From NCBI GenBank assembly GCA_938092255.1, contig CALKHF010000043.1, positions 73-64,072 on the forward strand: a stretch of DNA of 64,000 bases, in the 5' to 3' direction. Shown one piece after another: positions 1 through 8,674 of this stretch. Every line of letters starts with the position of its first letter. Position 1 is the stretch's first letter. The position numbers and the translations under genes were made by a program. A model generated the notes under the pieces. That model searched no databases and had not been told where the DNA came from. It worked only from the letters and a program-made list of their open reading frames with translations. This DNA comes from an uncultured Flavobacteriales bacterium (GTDB lineage Bacteria; Bacteroidota; Bacteroidia; Flavobacteriales_D; Crocinitomicaceae).

Positions 1-89
1 GCTGTCAAAGTTGTTTTACCGTGATCTACGTGACCAATTGTACCAATGTTCACGTGTGGTTTGGAACGATCAAAATTTTCCTTTGCCAT
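1..89 (-). CDS. tuf: Elongation factor Tu, 5' end only (gene continues beyond the left edge)
   Basis: The reverse complement of 1-89 reads ATG GCA AAG GAA... = [29 protein letters not shown]. This is the canonical EF-Tu N-terminus including the GHVDHGKT P-loop. It is absent from the ORF track because it is edge-truncated. It lies directly downstream of the tRNA cluster, as is typical for Bacteroidota tuf loci. Confidence 0.93.
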   Translation of the reverse strand, partial: MAKENFDRSKPHVNIGTIGHVDHGKTTLT

Positions 90-159
90 TTTTCTATTTG
101 TTACTTAATTAATAATTTACTTTTTTACAACATTCCTGCGCAAGCGCAATTTTTTTTTG

Positions 160-231
160 AGCCAATGACGAGAATTGAACTCGTGACCTCTTCCTTACCA
201 AGGAAGCGCTCTACCCCTGAGCTACACCGGC
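160..231 (-). tRNA. tRNA-Thr (anticodon GGT)
   Basis: Minus strand reads GCCGGTG-TA-GCTCAGGGGTAGAGC-G-CTTCC-TTGGTAA-GGAAG-AGGTC-ACGAG-TTCAATT-CTCGT-CATTGGC-T. It forms a cloverleaf with a 7-bp acceptor stem (two G-U pairs), a GTTC-type T loop, and GGT centred in a 7-nt anticodon loop. Confidence 0.9.
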
Positions 232-247
232 GGCTCAATTGAAAGTG

Positions 248-320
248 AGCGGGAGACGAGGGTCGAACTCGCGACATTCAGCTTGGAAGGCTGACGCTCT
301 ACCAACTGAGCTACTCCCGC
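248..320 (-). tRNA. tRNA-Gly (anticodon TCC)
   Basis: Minus strand reads GCGGGAG-TA-GCTCAGTTGGTAGAGC-G-TCAGC-CTTCCAA-GCTGA-ATGTC-GCGAG-TTCGACC-CTCGT-CTCCCGC-T. All four stems pair perfectly. Confidence 0.9.
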
Positions 321-334
321 TTATTTTCTTTCTG

Positions 335-416
335 TGGGGAGAGCAGGATTCGAACCTGCGAAGGTAAAACCAACAGATTTACAGTCTGTCCTCGTTGGCC
401 GCTTGAGTATCTCCCC
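335..416 (-). tRNA. tRNA-Tyr (anticodon GTA), class II with long variable arm
   Basis: Minus strand reads GGGGAGA-TA-CTCAAGCGGCCAACGAG-G-ACAGA-CTGTAAA-TCTGT-TGGTTTTACCTTC-GCAGG-TTCGAAT-CCTGC-TCTCCCC-A. The long variable arm and the GTA anticodon are typical of bacterial tRNA-Tyr. Confidence 0.9.
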
Positions 417-426
417 AACAATTCCG

Positions 427-500
427 AGCCGATGGAGGGATTCGAACCCCCGACCAGCTGATTACAAATCAGCTGCTCTGGCCAACTGAGCTACATCGGC
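427..500 (-). tRNA. tRNA-Thr (anticodon TGT)
   Basis: Minus strand reads GCCGATG-TA-GCTCAGTTGGCCAGAGC-A-GCTGA-TTTGTAA-TCAGC-TGGTC-GGGGG-TTCGAAT-CCCTC-CATCGGC-T. The cloverleaf is perfect. Confidence 0.9.
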
Positions 501-564
501 AATTTTGTTGGTATCACAAAAAAAAAAGAACGTAATACTCCCAAAATCTATATTTTTGGGACTG

Positions 565-594
565 CAAATGTATGAAAGTTTTTTTTATCACAAA
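565..594 (-). promoter_or_regulatory. Candidate Bacteroidota-type promoter for the tRNA-tuf unit
   Basis: Minus strand reads TTTG-N18-TACATTTG, which matches the published Bacteroidetes -33 TTTG / -7 TAnnTTTG consensus. It sits about 65 nt upstream of the first tRNA. This is a motif match only. Confidence 0.3.
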
Positions 595-669
595 CTATTT
601 TTTTAATATTTTTAATCTATAAATTTCTTTTGCCAACATCATTAAAATCAATATTTTGCAAAGTCTAAT

Positions 670-1794
670 ATGAAAGCAAAAAAAAAAGCCATCGTTTGTG
701 TCTCCAATGACCTGGTTACAGATAACCGCGTAGCGAAGACTTGCGCCGCGCTTCAAGAACTTGATTATGATGTGGTTTTGCTTGGTCGAAAAAGAAAAAA
801 AAGTCCCGAAATGCCTTCTAGAAGTTATGATATTAGGCGAATGAACTTGTTGTTTGATAAAGGCCCTTTATTTTATTTAGATTTAAATATTCGAATATTC
901 TTTTTTCTCATTTTTAAAAGAGCCAATCTGATTTTCTCAAATGATCTAGATACATTACCCGCGTGCTTTCTTGCCTATTTGTTTAAACCCAAAGCAAGAA
1001 TTATATACGATACTCATGAATTGTTTACCGAAGTAAGTGAGCTTAAGGAGCATCCCATTAAAAGGAGTATATGGTTGCGTTTGGAGAAATGGATCTTCCC
1101 CAAATTGAAAACGGTAATTACAGTGAATGAATCAATTGCGGCCATATACAATCAGAAATACAAAGTTCCTGTTCATGTAGTGAGAAACATACCTCTTCCC
1201 TATAAAAATCAAAAGGCACAAGGAAATCACACAACATTAGGAATAAATGAGGGGGACTTCATACTTATTATTCAAGGCTCAGGCTTGAATAAAGACCGAG
1301 GAATAGAAGAATCAATTTTGTCAATGAAGTACTGCCGTGATTGTGTTCTACTAATCGTCGGCGATGGAGACATTATTCCAGCTGCGAAAATATTAGTTGA
1401 AGAGAACAATCTTTCATCTATGGTGAAATTTATTTCCCGAAGACCATACAATGAACTAATGAAGATTACTCAAATGGCAAATCTGGGACTCTTAATGGAT
1501 AAGGCGGTAAATCAGAACCACGAACTCGCACTACCCAATAAACTATTTGATTACATGCATGCAGGTACACCAATTTTAAGTAACCGTCTAAAGGAAATTG
1601 AAAAATTTATTGTTAAGTACGATATAGGAATCATAATTGATGATGTTAATCCCCCAGGAATTGCAAAATCCATAATGGCCTTCAAAGAGAACCACAAACT
1701 CCAAAAAAAGTTAGAAAAAAACTGCATTACGGCAGCAGTTAATGAAAACTGGTTGATTGAAAAGCTTAAATTAATCAAGGCCATAAAAGAATAA
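670..1794 (+). CDS. Glycosyltransferase, GT4-like (Glycos_transf_1 type)
   Basis: 374-aa ORF with two Rossmann-like halves. The C-terminal half (LIIQGSG...GIEE...VGDG...LFDYMHAGTPIL) resembles retaining GT-B glycosyltransferases. Confidence 0.8.
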   Translation: MKAKKKAIVCVSNDLVTDNRVAKTCAALQELDYDVVLLGRKRKKSPEMPSRSYDIRRMNLLFDKGPLFYLDLNIRIFFFLIFKRANLIFSNDLDTLPACFLAYLFKPKARIIYDTHELFTEVSELKEHPIKRSIWLRLEKWIFPKLKTVITVNESIAAIYNQKYKVPVHVVRNIPLPYKNQKAQGNHTTLGINEGDFILIIQGSGLNKDRGIEESILSMKYCRDCVLLIVGDGDIIPAAKILVEENNLSSMVKFISRRPYNELMKITQMANLGLLMDKAVNQNHELALPNKLFDYMHAGTPILSNRLKEIEKFIVKYDIGIIIDDVNPPGIAKSIMAFKENHKLQKKLEKNCITAAVNENWLIEKLKLIKAIKE

Positions 1795-1795
1795 T

Positions 1796-2692
1796 CTATC
1801 TTTTTCTAGAATTAAGCTGTATCAAATAACCCAGCTTGTAAAAATTAAATAACACAATACTCGACCACCCTGAGCTTAGTAAAAATCTAATTGGTCTTCT
1901 AAGCAATAGATACAAGGCTTTTAACAATATTGAATCCTTGTATTTACAGTAATACTTGAGAACTCGTACCTTTTCAAGCAAATCAGTATCAAAGCCTGTA
2001 ATTCTCCAAACCTTTAATAAATTACGGAGTCCCTCCTCTGTTTTGAGCAAAAAATCTTCATTTGTATCCAAATCATCGTTTAAAACAGGATTGTTCAACT
2101 GCTCAATTACAATATTATTTTTATTCAATTCATAACCAAAAAGAGTGTCTTCATGACCATACCCTTTTAGCCCTTCATTGAATCTCACTTTATGAAAACA
2201 TTCTTTAGAAATAATAAAGTTATTCGTTTTAAATGTTGTATTTGAGTTTCGGATTCTTTTCTCATAGCTCTCACTCTCCACTCTTGAACCGTAGGTCCAC
2301 CTTAGGTTATATTGTCTTGAAGGTTGCTCATTTTGATATATACTTGACCCAACAACTACAGCTGGATGGTGCTGCTCCAAATACTCCTGATAGCAAGGAA
2401 TATAACGATCATCAATAATCTTAGAATCACAATCAATGAATAATAAGTAGTCAGCGTCTGTATATTCCAAAAATTTGTTTCGAATTTTAGACCTTCCAAT
2501 ATTGCTTTCCAGCCGGAAGTAACTTACGTCTTTTGAAAGAACAGAATTTATTTTATGAAATGCCATTTCAGAATGATCATCTAAAACAACAATATTTGCG
2601 AAACCCTTGCTTAATTTTGTTTGTTTGATTAACGAATCAACTAAACTTGTAATGTCCTGATTAAAAACGGGTATACAAACGGTGAGTGTCAA
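1796..2692 (-). CDS. Glycosyltransferase family 2
   Basis: 298 aa. The N-terminus TVCIPVFNQ...VVLDDHS...FIDCDS is the GT-A/GT2 signature, including a DxD-like DCD motif. Confidence 0.82.
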   Translation of the reverse strand: MTLTVCIPVFNQDITSLVDSLIKQTKLSKGFANIVVLDDHSEMAFHKINSVLSKDVSYFRLESNIGRSKIRNKFLEYTDADYLLFIDCDSKIIDDRYIPCYQEYLEQHHPAVVVGSSIYQNEQPSRQYNLRWTYGSRVESESYEKRIRNSNTTFKTNNFIISKECFHKVRFNEGLKGYGHEDTLFGYELNKNNIVIEQLNNPVLNDDLDTNEDFLLKTEEGLRNLLKVWRITGFDTDLLEKVRVLKYYCKYKDSILLKALYLLLRRPIRFLLSSGWSSIVLFNFYKLGYLIQLNSRKR

Positions 2693-2702
2693 ATGATTTC
2701 TA

Positions 2703-3014
2703 TTAAGCCATTGTATTTGGAGTCCCGAAGCTCATTGGAGGTATTTCATTTTTCGGTTCATGAATAGGTCCAAATTGATCCTCATATTTAGACATATTAT
2801 CCTGCAAGGCCTTAAGAAACCTTTTCGCATTTTGAGGTGTCATAATTACCCTAGACTTTACTTTACCTTTAGGCATACCAGGCATAACCTGAATGAAATC
2901 ACAAATCACTTCGGATGGAGAGTGTGTGATTACAGCTAGATTAGAATATATGCCTGATGCGATTTCTTCTGACAATTCAATATTCATTTGATTTTCTTCA
3001 GCTTTCTTTGTCAT
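2703..3014 (-). CDS. DUF3467-like small protein
   Basis: 103 aa. The sequence IELSEEIASGIYSNLAVITHSPSEVICDF...RVIMTPQNAKRFLKAL resembles the conserved DUF3467 family as I recall it. It lies 5 nt downstream of the preceding gene. Confidence 0.7.
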   Translation of the reverse strand: MTKKAEENQMNIELSEEIASGIYSNLAVITHSPSEVICDFIQVMPGMPKGKVKSRVIMTPQNAKRFLKALQDNMSKYEDQFGPIHEPKNEIPPMSFGTPNTMA

Positions 3015-3019
3015 AGTGT

Positions 3020-4357
3020 TTAAAGTTCTGATTCATATTCATTAAAAATGATTCCATTTTCTTCAAGGCTTTCTAGAATGGGCTCATATATTTCCTTTTG
3101 TATTGGTAACGTTACGCCTTTTACTTTTATTTGGTCATTTAACATCATTCTTGCTGAAATAGCAATTGGCAGACCAACGGTATTTGACATTGCTGTAAAG
3201 GTTGGGTCTTCACCAATACTAATCATTGAAGATACTATTTTTTTATTTTTCCCATTTTGCTCAAATTCGAACTCGTGATACATCACCAACATGTCTTTAT
3301 CTTTATCTGAAAGCGACATCTTTCTTACCATTAACTTTTCTAAAAGTTGAGCAGGAGTTGCTCCTTCAAATCCAAAATCAGAATCATCATCAAATACACC
3401 AAGCCACTCAAATTGATCGTAAAGATACATCCGATCTTCACGAAGAAAATACTTAAATTTATCCTCAACAGACAAATTAGGTATATATGGCAGAAAGGCA
3501 TTAAGAAAATCACGTGGACTTATTTGAGAGGAATCCGCCATAACAAAAGAATCATCTGTCATACCCAATTCAATAAACACATTAAAACCCTTACAGAAAT
3601 TTGGTCTACGTAGGGTACCTCTGTAAAGCGTAGAAATTCCTTTCAAACCATATGTTTCTTGATAGGATAAAGAATCTCGATTAGGGTAACCAACAAATTT
3701 ACCGTGACCAGGAATAGAAATTCGATCAAGCCGATCAAATAAACGGTTGTAGGGTATGTATTTGTATTTATGATTATCTAAAAACATAGCTGTACCTCCC
3801 TTACCAGCAAGGACCACATTTCTTGGATTCCAAGTAAACTTGTATCTCCAAGGATTATCATCGTGTTCTGCAGCAACGAGACCACCACAAAAGGATTTAA
3901 AACTATGCAATGTATCTCCGTTATCTTTGATTTTATCAATGATTTTCATGGCACTCATGTGGTCAATACCAGGGTCAACACCGATTTCATTCATAATCGT
4001 AATTCCCGCATCTACGGCTCTTTGATGCAACGCTTTCATCTCAACGGAAATATATGAAGGCGTAATAAGATTTTTTCCTGCCAAGATACAATCTTCGGCA
4101 ACCGCAACGTGAAAACGTGCTGGCAGCATAGAAATCACTAAATCAGCATCTTTAATTTCTGGCAGTCTGCTATTTGACGATGTAGCATCAAAATCAAGAG
4201 CCTCTGCATTGCTATGGTCTTTAATTAAAGAAAGAATTCGTTTTTTCTCTCGATCTACTATCCTTAATTTCCATTGTTCCTTTTCGCAATGTTGCAATAA
4301 ATATCTAATCATAGATGAGGCCGACAGACCTGCTCCAAGTATTAAAATTGTTTTCAT
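3020..4357 (-). CDS. Saccharopine dehydrogenase family protein (NADP-binding N-terminal, Sacchrp_dh C-terminal)
   Basis: 445 aa. It has an N-terminal Rossmann motif ILILGAGLSASS and typical downstream segments (VISMLPARFH, GVDPGIDHM, KFTWNPRNVV). Confidence 0.85.
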   Translation of the reverse strand: MKTILILGAGLSASSMIRYLLQHCEKEQWKLRIVDREKKRILSLIKDHSNAEALDFDATSSNSRLPEIKDADLVISMLPARFHVAVAEDCILAGKNLITPSYISVEMKALHQRAVDAGITIMNEIGVDPGIDHMSAMKIIDKIKDNGDTLHSFKSFCGGLVAAEHDDNPWRYKFTWNPRNVVLAGKGGTAMFLDNHKYKYIPYNRLFDRLDRISIPGHGKFVGYPNRDSLSYQETYGLKGISTLYRGTLRRPNFCKGFNVFIELGMTDDSFVMADSSQISPRDFLNAFLPYIPNLSVEDKFKYFLREDRMYLYDQFEWLGVFDDDSDFGFEGATPAQLLEKLMVRKMSLSDKDKDMLVMYHEFEFEQNGKNKKIVSSMISIGEDPTFTAMSNTVGLPIAISARMMLNDQIKVKGVTLPIQKEIYEPILESLEENGIIFNEYESEL

Positions 4358-4366
4358 GTAAACTCT

Positions 4367-4774
4367 TTAGTTTCGAGATTCAATTAAGGGAATAAGTGTT
4401 TCAAAAAGCTCAGATTCATCCCATGGCTTGGCCAAAAATTGTTCTAGTAAGTTCTCATCTTTGAGTGAGTTTACCGATGTAGTATTTGCCTGGCCCGAAA
4501 GCATAACACAACGCAAATTGGAATGTTTCGTTTTTATGGCCCGAATAAGATCGGCACCAGTCATCTTTGGCATTTGATAATCAACAATAACGAATATAAT
4601 ATCTATGCTTTCTGAAACCATTTGATCGATATTCGCAAGCGCATCATTAGGATCTGTAAAATACTCTATTAAGGTACACTTTTGATCCATAATTTTGGAC
4701 AATTGAAAACCCAACATTTGAAGTATATATGGGTCATCATCAACACAAATTACAGCATACTTAAATTCCGTCAT
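4367..4774 (-). CDS. Response regulator, receiver domain only (RR2)
   Basis: 135 aa. It has the acidic pocket CVDDD, the phospho-acceptor context FVIVDYQMPKMTG, LSGQA, and a C-terminal KPWDESEL. No output domain is present. Its start overlaps the kinase stop (ATGA). Confidence 0.9.
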   Translation of the reverse strand: MTEFKYAVICVDDDPYILQMLGFQLSKIMDQKCTLIEYFTDPNDALANIDQMVSESIDIIFVIVDYQMPKMTGADLIRAIKTKHSNLRCVMLSGQANTTSVNSLKDENLLEQFLAKPWDESELFETLIPLIESRN

Positions 4775-7700
4775 AATTCAAAAGTAATTATAAATTTGGT
4801 CATCTTCTCAGCAGACTCAATTTTAATATTCGCATTGTGTTCTCTTAAAACATTTTTTACAATACTGAGGCCTAAACCTGAACCACTCTTTTTTGCTTTG
4901 GTGGTATAAAACTTATTAAAAATAGACTTGATAATATCATCTGGAATTTTTGGACCATTGTTCTCAAAAGTTACTACTACCCCATCTTTCTCTTTTTTCC
5001 CAATAACACCAAAATATTTGTTGTCTTGATCAGACATTGCTTCAAGAGCATTTTTAACAATATTCGACCACAATTGAAATAACTTAATGTCATAACCCAT
5101 AAATTCTATCGATTCATCAACATCAAATTTCAAATCGACGTTTAGATTGATTTCATAATTGAATACACCGAGTACTGTAGAAATGTTTTCTCGAAGATTA
5201 ATCATTTTTCTTTCGACCGTAGTTTCCCCTTTGATAAATGCCCTCATGTCTTGAACAACTCGGACCGCTTTATCACTTGATGTTTTAATGGTATCCAACT
5301 GTGCAATCGCCATTTGTACTTGATTTAGTAATTCTAGGTATTCTATTCCATTCTCTTTGTTTATAAGTTTATCTATGAGTTTGTCCTGCGATTCATTAAT
5401 CCTACATTTGACAAATAAATCAACAAACTTCAATGTTTTCTCTTGATTTCTATCAGGATATTTTAAGAATAAGAATTCCTTTATTTTCTCCTTTTCTTTC
5501 CGCATTTGCAAACCACCAACGTAAATTTCGATTTTATTTTTCTTTACGTGGTCTATGATCTCAATTAATTCCTCGTTGTTGAAATGATTAAGATCCTCTC
5601 TAAATAATTTGTCGATGATGTAACTAACATTATCCGAACCAACCCTAATTGTTCCTAAAGGCGTATTTAAGTCATGAGCAATACCCGCTGATATTTCACC
5701 AATCGTTACTAGTTTTTCTTGTTCGAGTATAGAACGAGATAAATCTATATTCTTTTTTGTGTTTTCAATAACCTTTTTCTCTAAAGATTTATTTATATCA
5801 GATAAAGCATCTTTAGTGTTTTGAAGTTCTTCAATGAATTTCATTCTATTAAAAACATTCACAATCATCTGAGAATATAAACGCATTAAATTCTTTTCAT
5901 TGGAATTAAATTCTCTTTTGGTCTTCATGATGTCGAAACCAATAAAACCAATGGCAACATCACCATCCATCATTGGAATCGATATCAAGCTCTGTATGCC
6001 TTCTTCAGTTAATACAGTATGGATTCTTTTGTCTTCTACCTTAGATACATCTGGAAACTCGACAAAATCACCTTTTTTGTGTTTTTGTAAGGAGAACGGA
6101 ACTGAAGAAAACGGCATTGCAGTCAATTCATTTATTTGAGATGGGATCCCTATTCCCACCCACTCATGTGTAATTGAACAGATTTCTTTCTCGTAATTGT
6201 ATCTAAATACATATGCCCTATCGGCAGATGAAAATGCCGCAATGTCAGAAAGAGATTGATTGATCAAATTATTTATCTCAGATATAGGAGCATTGATATA
6301 TTCTGTAGAAATCTGCATTAAAAGGTTTTGAAACTCAGACATCTTAACGATATCTCTCTCCGCTTTTAAAACAGAAGTGATATTAAATAAATAAGCCTCC
6401 GAACCACAGAACTTACCATCCAATATTATGGGCTTCGACCTTCCTTTAATATCTACTACATTTCCATTTTTTCCTATAAATTCACATCTCAAGTTTTCTA
6501 CTTGTTCACCTTTCATTAAGGCCGGCATAACCACACTAAATTCTTTTAAGGTATCGTCCGTGAAAAATTCTAGTATTGGGCGACCTTCAACTTCTTGAAA
6601 GTCATCAAAACCCATATTTTCTAACCACGCTTTGTTAACATATTTAATTTGTCCTCCCTCATTTAAGGAGTGAATCATTTCACTTGAATTATCTAAAAGA
6701 CTTCTGTAGTTTTTTTCATTTTCCGCTATTAAATGTAATTGCCTTTTGTGTTCAGTAAGATCTGACTCTATAGCAATGTAGCCTGTTAAAATGCCATCAT
6801 TGTCCTTTATTGGGACGATATTCAAACTCAACCAATATTCCCTACCACTTTTGGATTGATTTAAGATTTCAACTTCACTAATAATGTTTCCTTTTGCTAG
6901 ATTTTCGCGAATATACAATCTGGTCTTTGGATCCGTTTTTTTAGATTGAAACATTCGCGGAGTATTTCCAATGATCTCCTCGCGGGAATACTCAGTCATC
7001 TTAACGGTTGCATCATTTACCCAAACAATTCGCTCTTGAACATCTGTAATTACCACCAAATTCGTCGTTTTAGTAGCCACATGGGATAGTCGCTTAACCT
7101 CCTCTTGGATTTTCGTCCTTTCCGTAATGTCCTGAATAGAACCAATCAATTCAATTGGTTTATTCCCTTTAAACTTGATCTCTATTACCTGGTTTAAGGT
7201 CAACTTTTTACCATCAGAAAATCTCTTTATTTTGAAATCGGAAGAGTGATTCTTTTCTTTGTTAGAAATCATTTCAGCCCAAACTTGCTTTAAATAACCT
7301 TCCTCTTCCTCCTCAAACAATGATTGTAAACCTTTAATATTTTTAATGGTATTTTTAGTAACACCCAAAATCAAATCGAACTCATCCGAACTGGTCCAAA
7401 AGTCATCTTCAAAAGAATATCTTAATGTACCAAATTTTGCGTTTTTCTGAGCTAAAGCCATTTGAGCTTGGGTTTCTTTTAAATCTTTTGCCCTTTTATC
7501 CACCAACTCCTCCAAACCAAAAACAAACCTATCGTTTTTAGACTTTTGATCAATTAGGTTGTTTTTCAATTCATTGATTGATTTTATCAACAACCCTATT
7601 TCATCGTTCGATGTATATTCTGGAAGTTGAGTAGAAAAATCTTGATTGCTAAGTGCTAATGTTGATTGTGTAAGCTTTAAAATTGGTCGAGACAACCATC

Positions 7701-8235
7701 CTGCCAATAAATAAAATGTGACGGATAAAAACAGAGCAGTACCGAATAAAATCATATATATCGGATAATTCATCTGAAAAATCTCGTCTTCGATTCCTGC
7801 CTTTAAAATGGCAATTCTCACAAATCCATTTACCCGGTATCCATCCATATTTGTATAGCTGAATTTCCAATCCGCATAAAGATATGAGTCATTGTTTATT
7901 GATTTTTCACCGCTCCCCTCTTCTTTCGAATATTTGTGCTCTAATTTTCCATTTTCATATATCTGTATATAGTCAATTTCATGGTCATCTTTGGCAAAAT
8001 CAATAATTTCTTTCACACGCAGAAACACCTGCGTTTCATCAGAATCCGTGAATGCCAACTCATAACTTTTGGCTACTGTTTTTGCCAGCTCCTGAACTTG
8101 GCCTTTTTTGTTTTCAAGTAAAAACCGCTCCTGTTGACGAGGGTAATACCATGCAGAAATAGATATGATAAAAATAAGGGCAACGGTAAAAGGAAGCCAT
8201 ATTTTGAATGTAAAAGATGTGAAAAACTTACTCAT
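4771..8235 (-). CDS. Membrane sensor histidine kinase (HK2): 2 TM + extracytoplasmic domain, HAMP, 3 PAS-like, GAF, DHp with insertion, HATPase
   Basis: 1154 aa. It has two hydrophobic helices flanking about 125 aa and a HAMP-like segment SRPILKL...DEIGLLIKSINEL. PAS signatures are present (DITERTK, SDLTEHKRQ), followed by a GAF-like block. The H-box is AGIAHDLNTPLG, the N/G boxes are NIVKNALEAM ... GSGLGLSIVK. Confidence 0.9.
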   Translation of the reverse strand: MSKFFTSFTFKIWLPFTVALIFIISISAWYYPRQQERFLLENKKGQVQELAKTVAKSYELAFTDSDETQVFLRVKEIIDFAKDDHEIDYIQIYENGKLEHKYSKEEGSGEKSINNDSYLYADWKFSYTNMDGYRVNGFVRIAILKAGIEDEIFQMNYPIYMILFGTALFLSVTFYLLAGWLSRPILKLTQSTLALSNQDFSTQLPEYTSNDEIGLLIKSINELKNNLIDQKSKNDRFVFGLEELVDKRAKDLKETQAQMALAQKNAKFGTLRYSFEDDFWTSSDEFDLILGVTKNTIKNIKGLQSLFEEEEEGYLKQVWAEMISNKEKNHSSDFKIKRFSDGKKLTLNQVIEIKFKGNKPIELIGSIQDITERTKIQEEVKRLSHVATKTTNLVVITDVQERIVWVNDATVKMTEYSREEIIGNTPRMFQSKKTDPKTRLYIRENLAKGNIISEVEILNQSKSGREYWLSLNIVPIKDNDGILTGYIAIESDLTEHKRQLHLIAENEKNYRSLLDNSSEMIHSLNEGGQIKYVNKAWLENMGFDDFQEVEGRPILEFFTDDTLKEFSVVMPALMKGEQVENLRCEFIGKNGNVVDIKGRSKPIILDGKFCGSEAYLFNITSVLKAERDIVKMSEFQNLLMQISTEYINAPISEINNLINQSLSDIAAFSSADRAYVFRYNYEKEICSITHEWVGIGIPSQINELTAMPFSSVPFSLQKHKKGDFVEFPDVSKVEDKRIHTVLTEEGIQSLISIPMMDGDVAIGFIGFDIMKTKREFNSNEKNLMRLYSQMIVNVFNRMKFIEELQNTKDALSDINKSLEKKVIENTKKNIDLSRSILEQEKLVTIGEISAGIAHDLNTPLGTIRVGSDNVSYIIDKLFREDLNHFNNEELIEIIDHVKKNKIEIYVGGLQMRKEKEKIKEFLFLKYPDRNQEKTLKFVDLFVKCRINESQDKLIDKLINKENGIEYLELLNQVQMAIAQLDTIKTSSDKAVRVVQDMRAFIKGETTVERKMINLRENISTVLGVFNYEINLNVDLKFDVDESIEFMGYDIKLFQLWSNIVKNALEAMSDQDNKYFGVIGKKEKDGVVVTFENNGPKIPDDIIKSIFNKFYTTKAKKSGSGLGLSIVKNVLREHNANIKIESAEKMTKFIITFEL

Positions 8236-8674
8236 TTAACTGAATCTTTAAATTCTCTGGGATGGCACTATTTTTTTCAACAATAGCAATAGCACCGGGA
8301 TTTAATTTCACGAATTCAATAATTTCCTGATCAGTTGAGAAAAAATAAGGGGGATCATTCCTTCCCTGAAAAACCAAGGAATACCAATATTTTTTTACTG
8401 CATAAAAAGATTTATTATACAACAAGTCAGAATACAACTCTACCTTGGGATGTCTGGAAGAGGCAAGGGCAACAATTACCGTTTTGTTATTAGTCCATTT
8501 GTTATACTTACCCTTGAAGTATCCTTTCAATGTTTGCTCATTCATTTTATTGGCGCCAGTGTTGTTACCGATAACTACAATTGAAAAATCATCCAGAGTA
8601 ATTTGGCTATTTAGTTCATTCCCTTTGAAGAAGAACAATACAATAATTAAGGCGAATCGAAATCTATAAACCAT
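8228..8674 (-). CDS. Secreted half-size PstS/PBP_like_2-like protein
   Basis: I trimmed the start to the ATG at 8674 (MVYRFRFALIIVLFFF.. signal peptide) instead of the track start at 8740. The segments TLKGYFKGKYNKW, VIVALASSRHP and LNPGAIAIVEKN resemble one lobe of phosphate-type periplasmic binding proteins. The start overlaps the upstream gene by 11 nt and the stop overlaps the HK2 start by 8 nt. Confidence 0.6.
   Translation of the reverse strand: MVYRFRFALIIVLFFFKGNELNSQITLDDFSIVVIGNNTGANKMNEQTLKGYFKGKYNKWTNNKTVIVALASSRHPKVELYSDLLYNKSFYAVKKYWYSLVFQGRNDPPYFFSTDQEIIEFVKLNPGAIAIVEKNSAIPENLKIQLNE

Noticed and set aside
21-242. 73-aa plus-strand ORF from the track
   Set aside because: It lies antisense to the tuf start codon region and runs straight through tRNA-Thr(GGT). 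The tRNA and EF-Tu readings explain the sequence fully.
7649-7870. 73-aa minus-strand ORF in an alternative frame inside HK2
   Set aside because: It is embedded in the kinase gene, whose frame is continuous and encodes TM/HAMP features.
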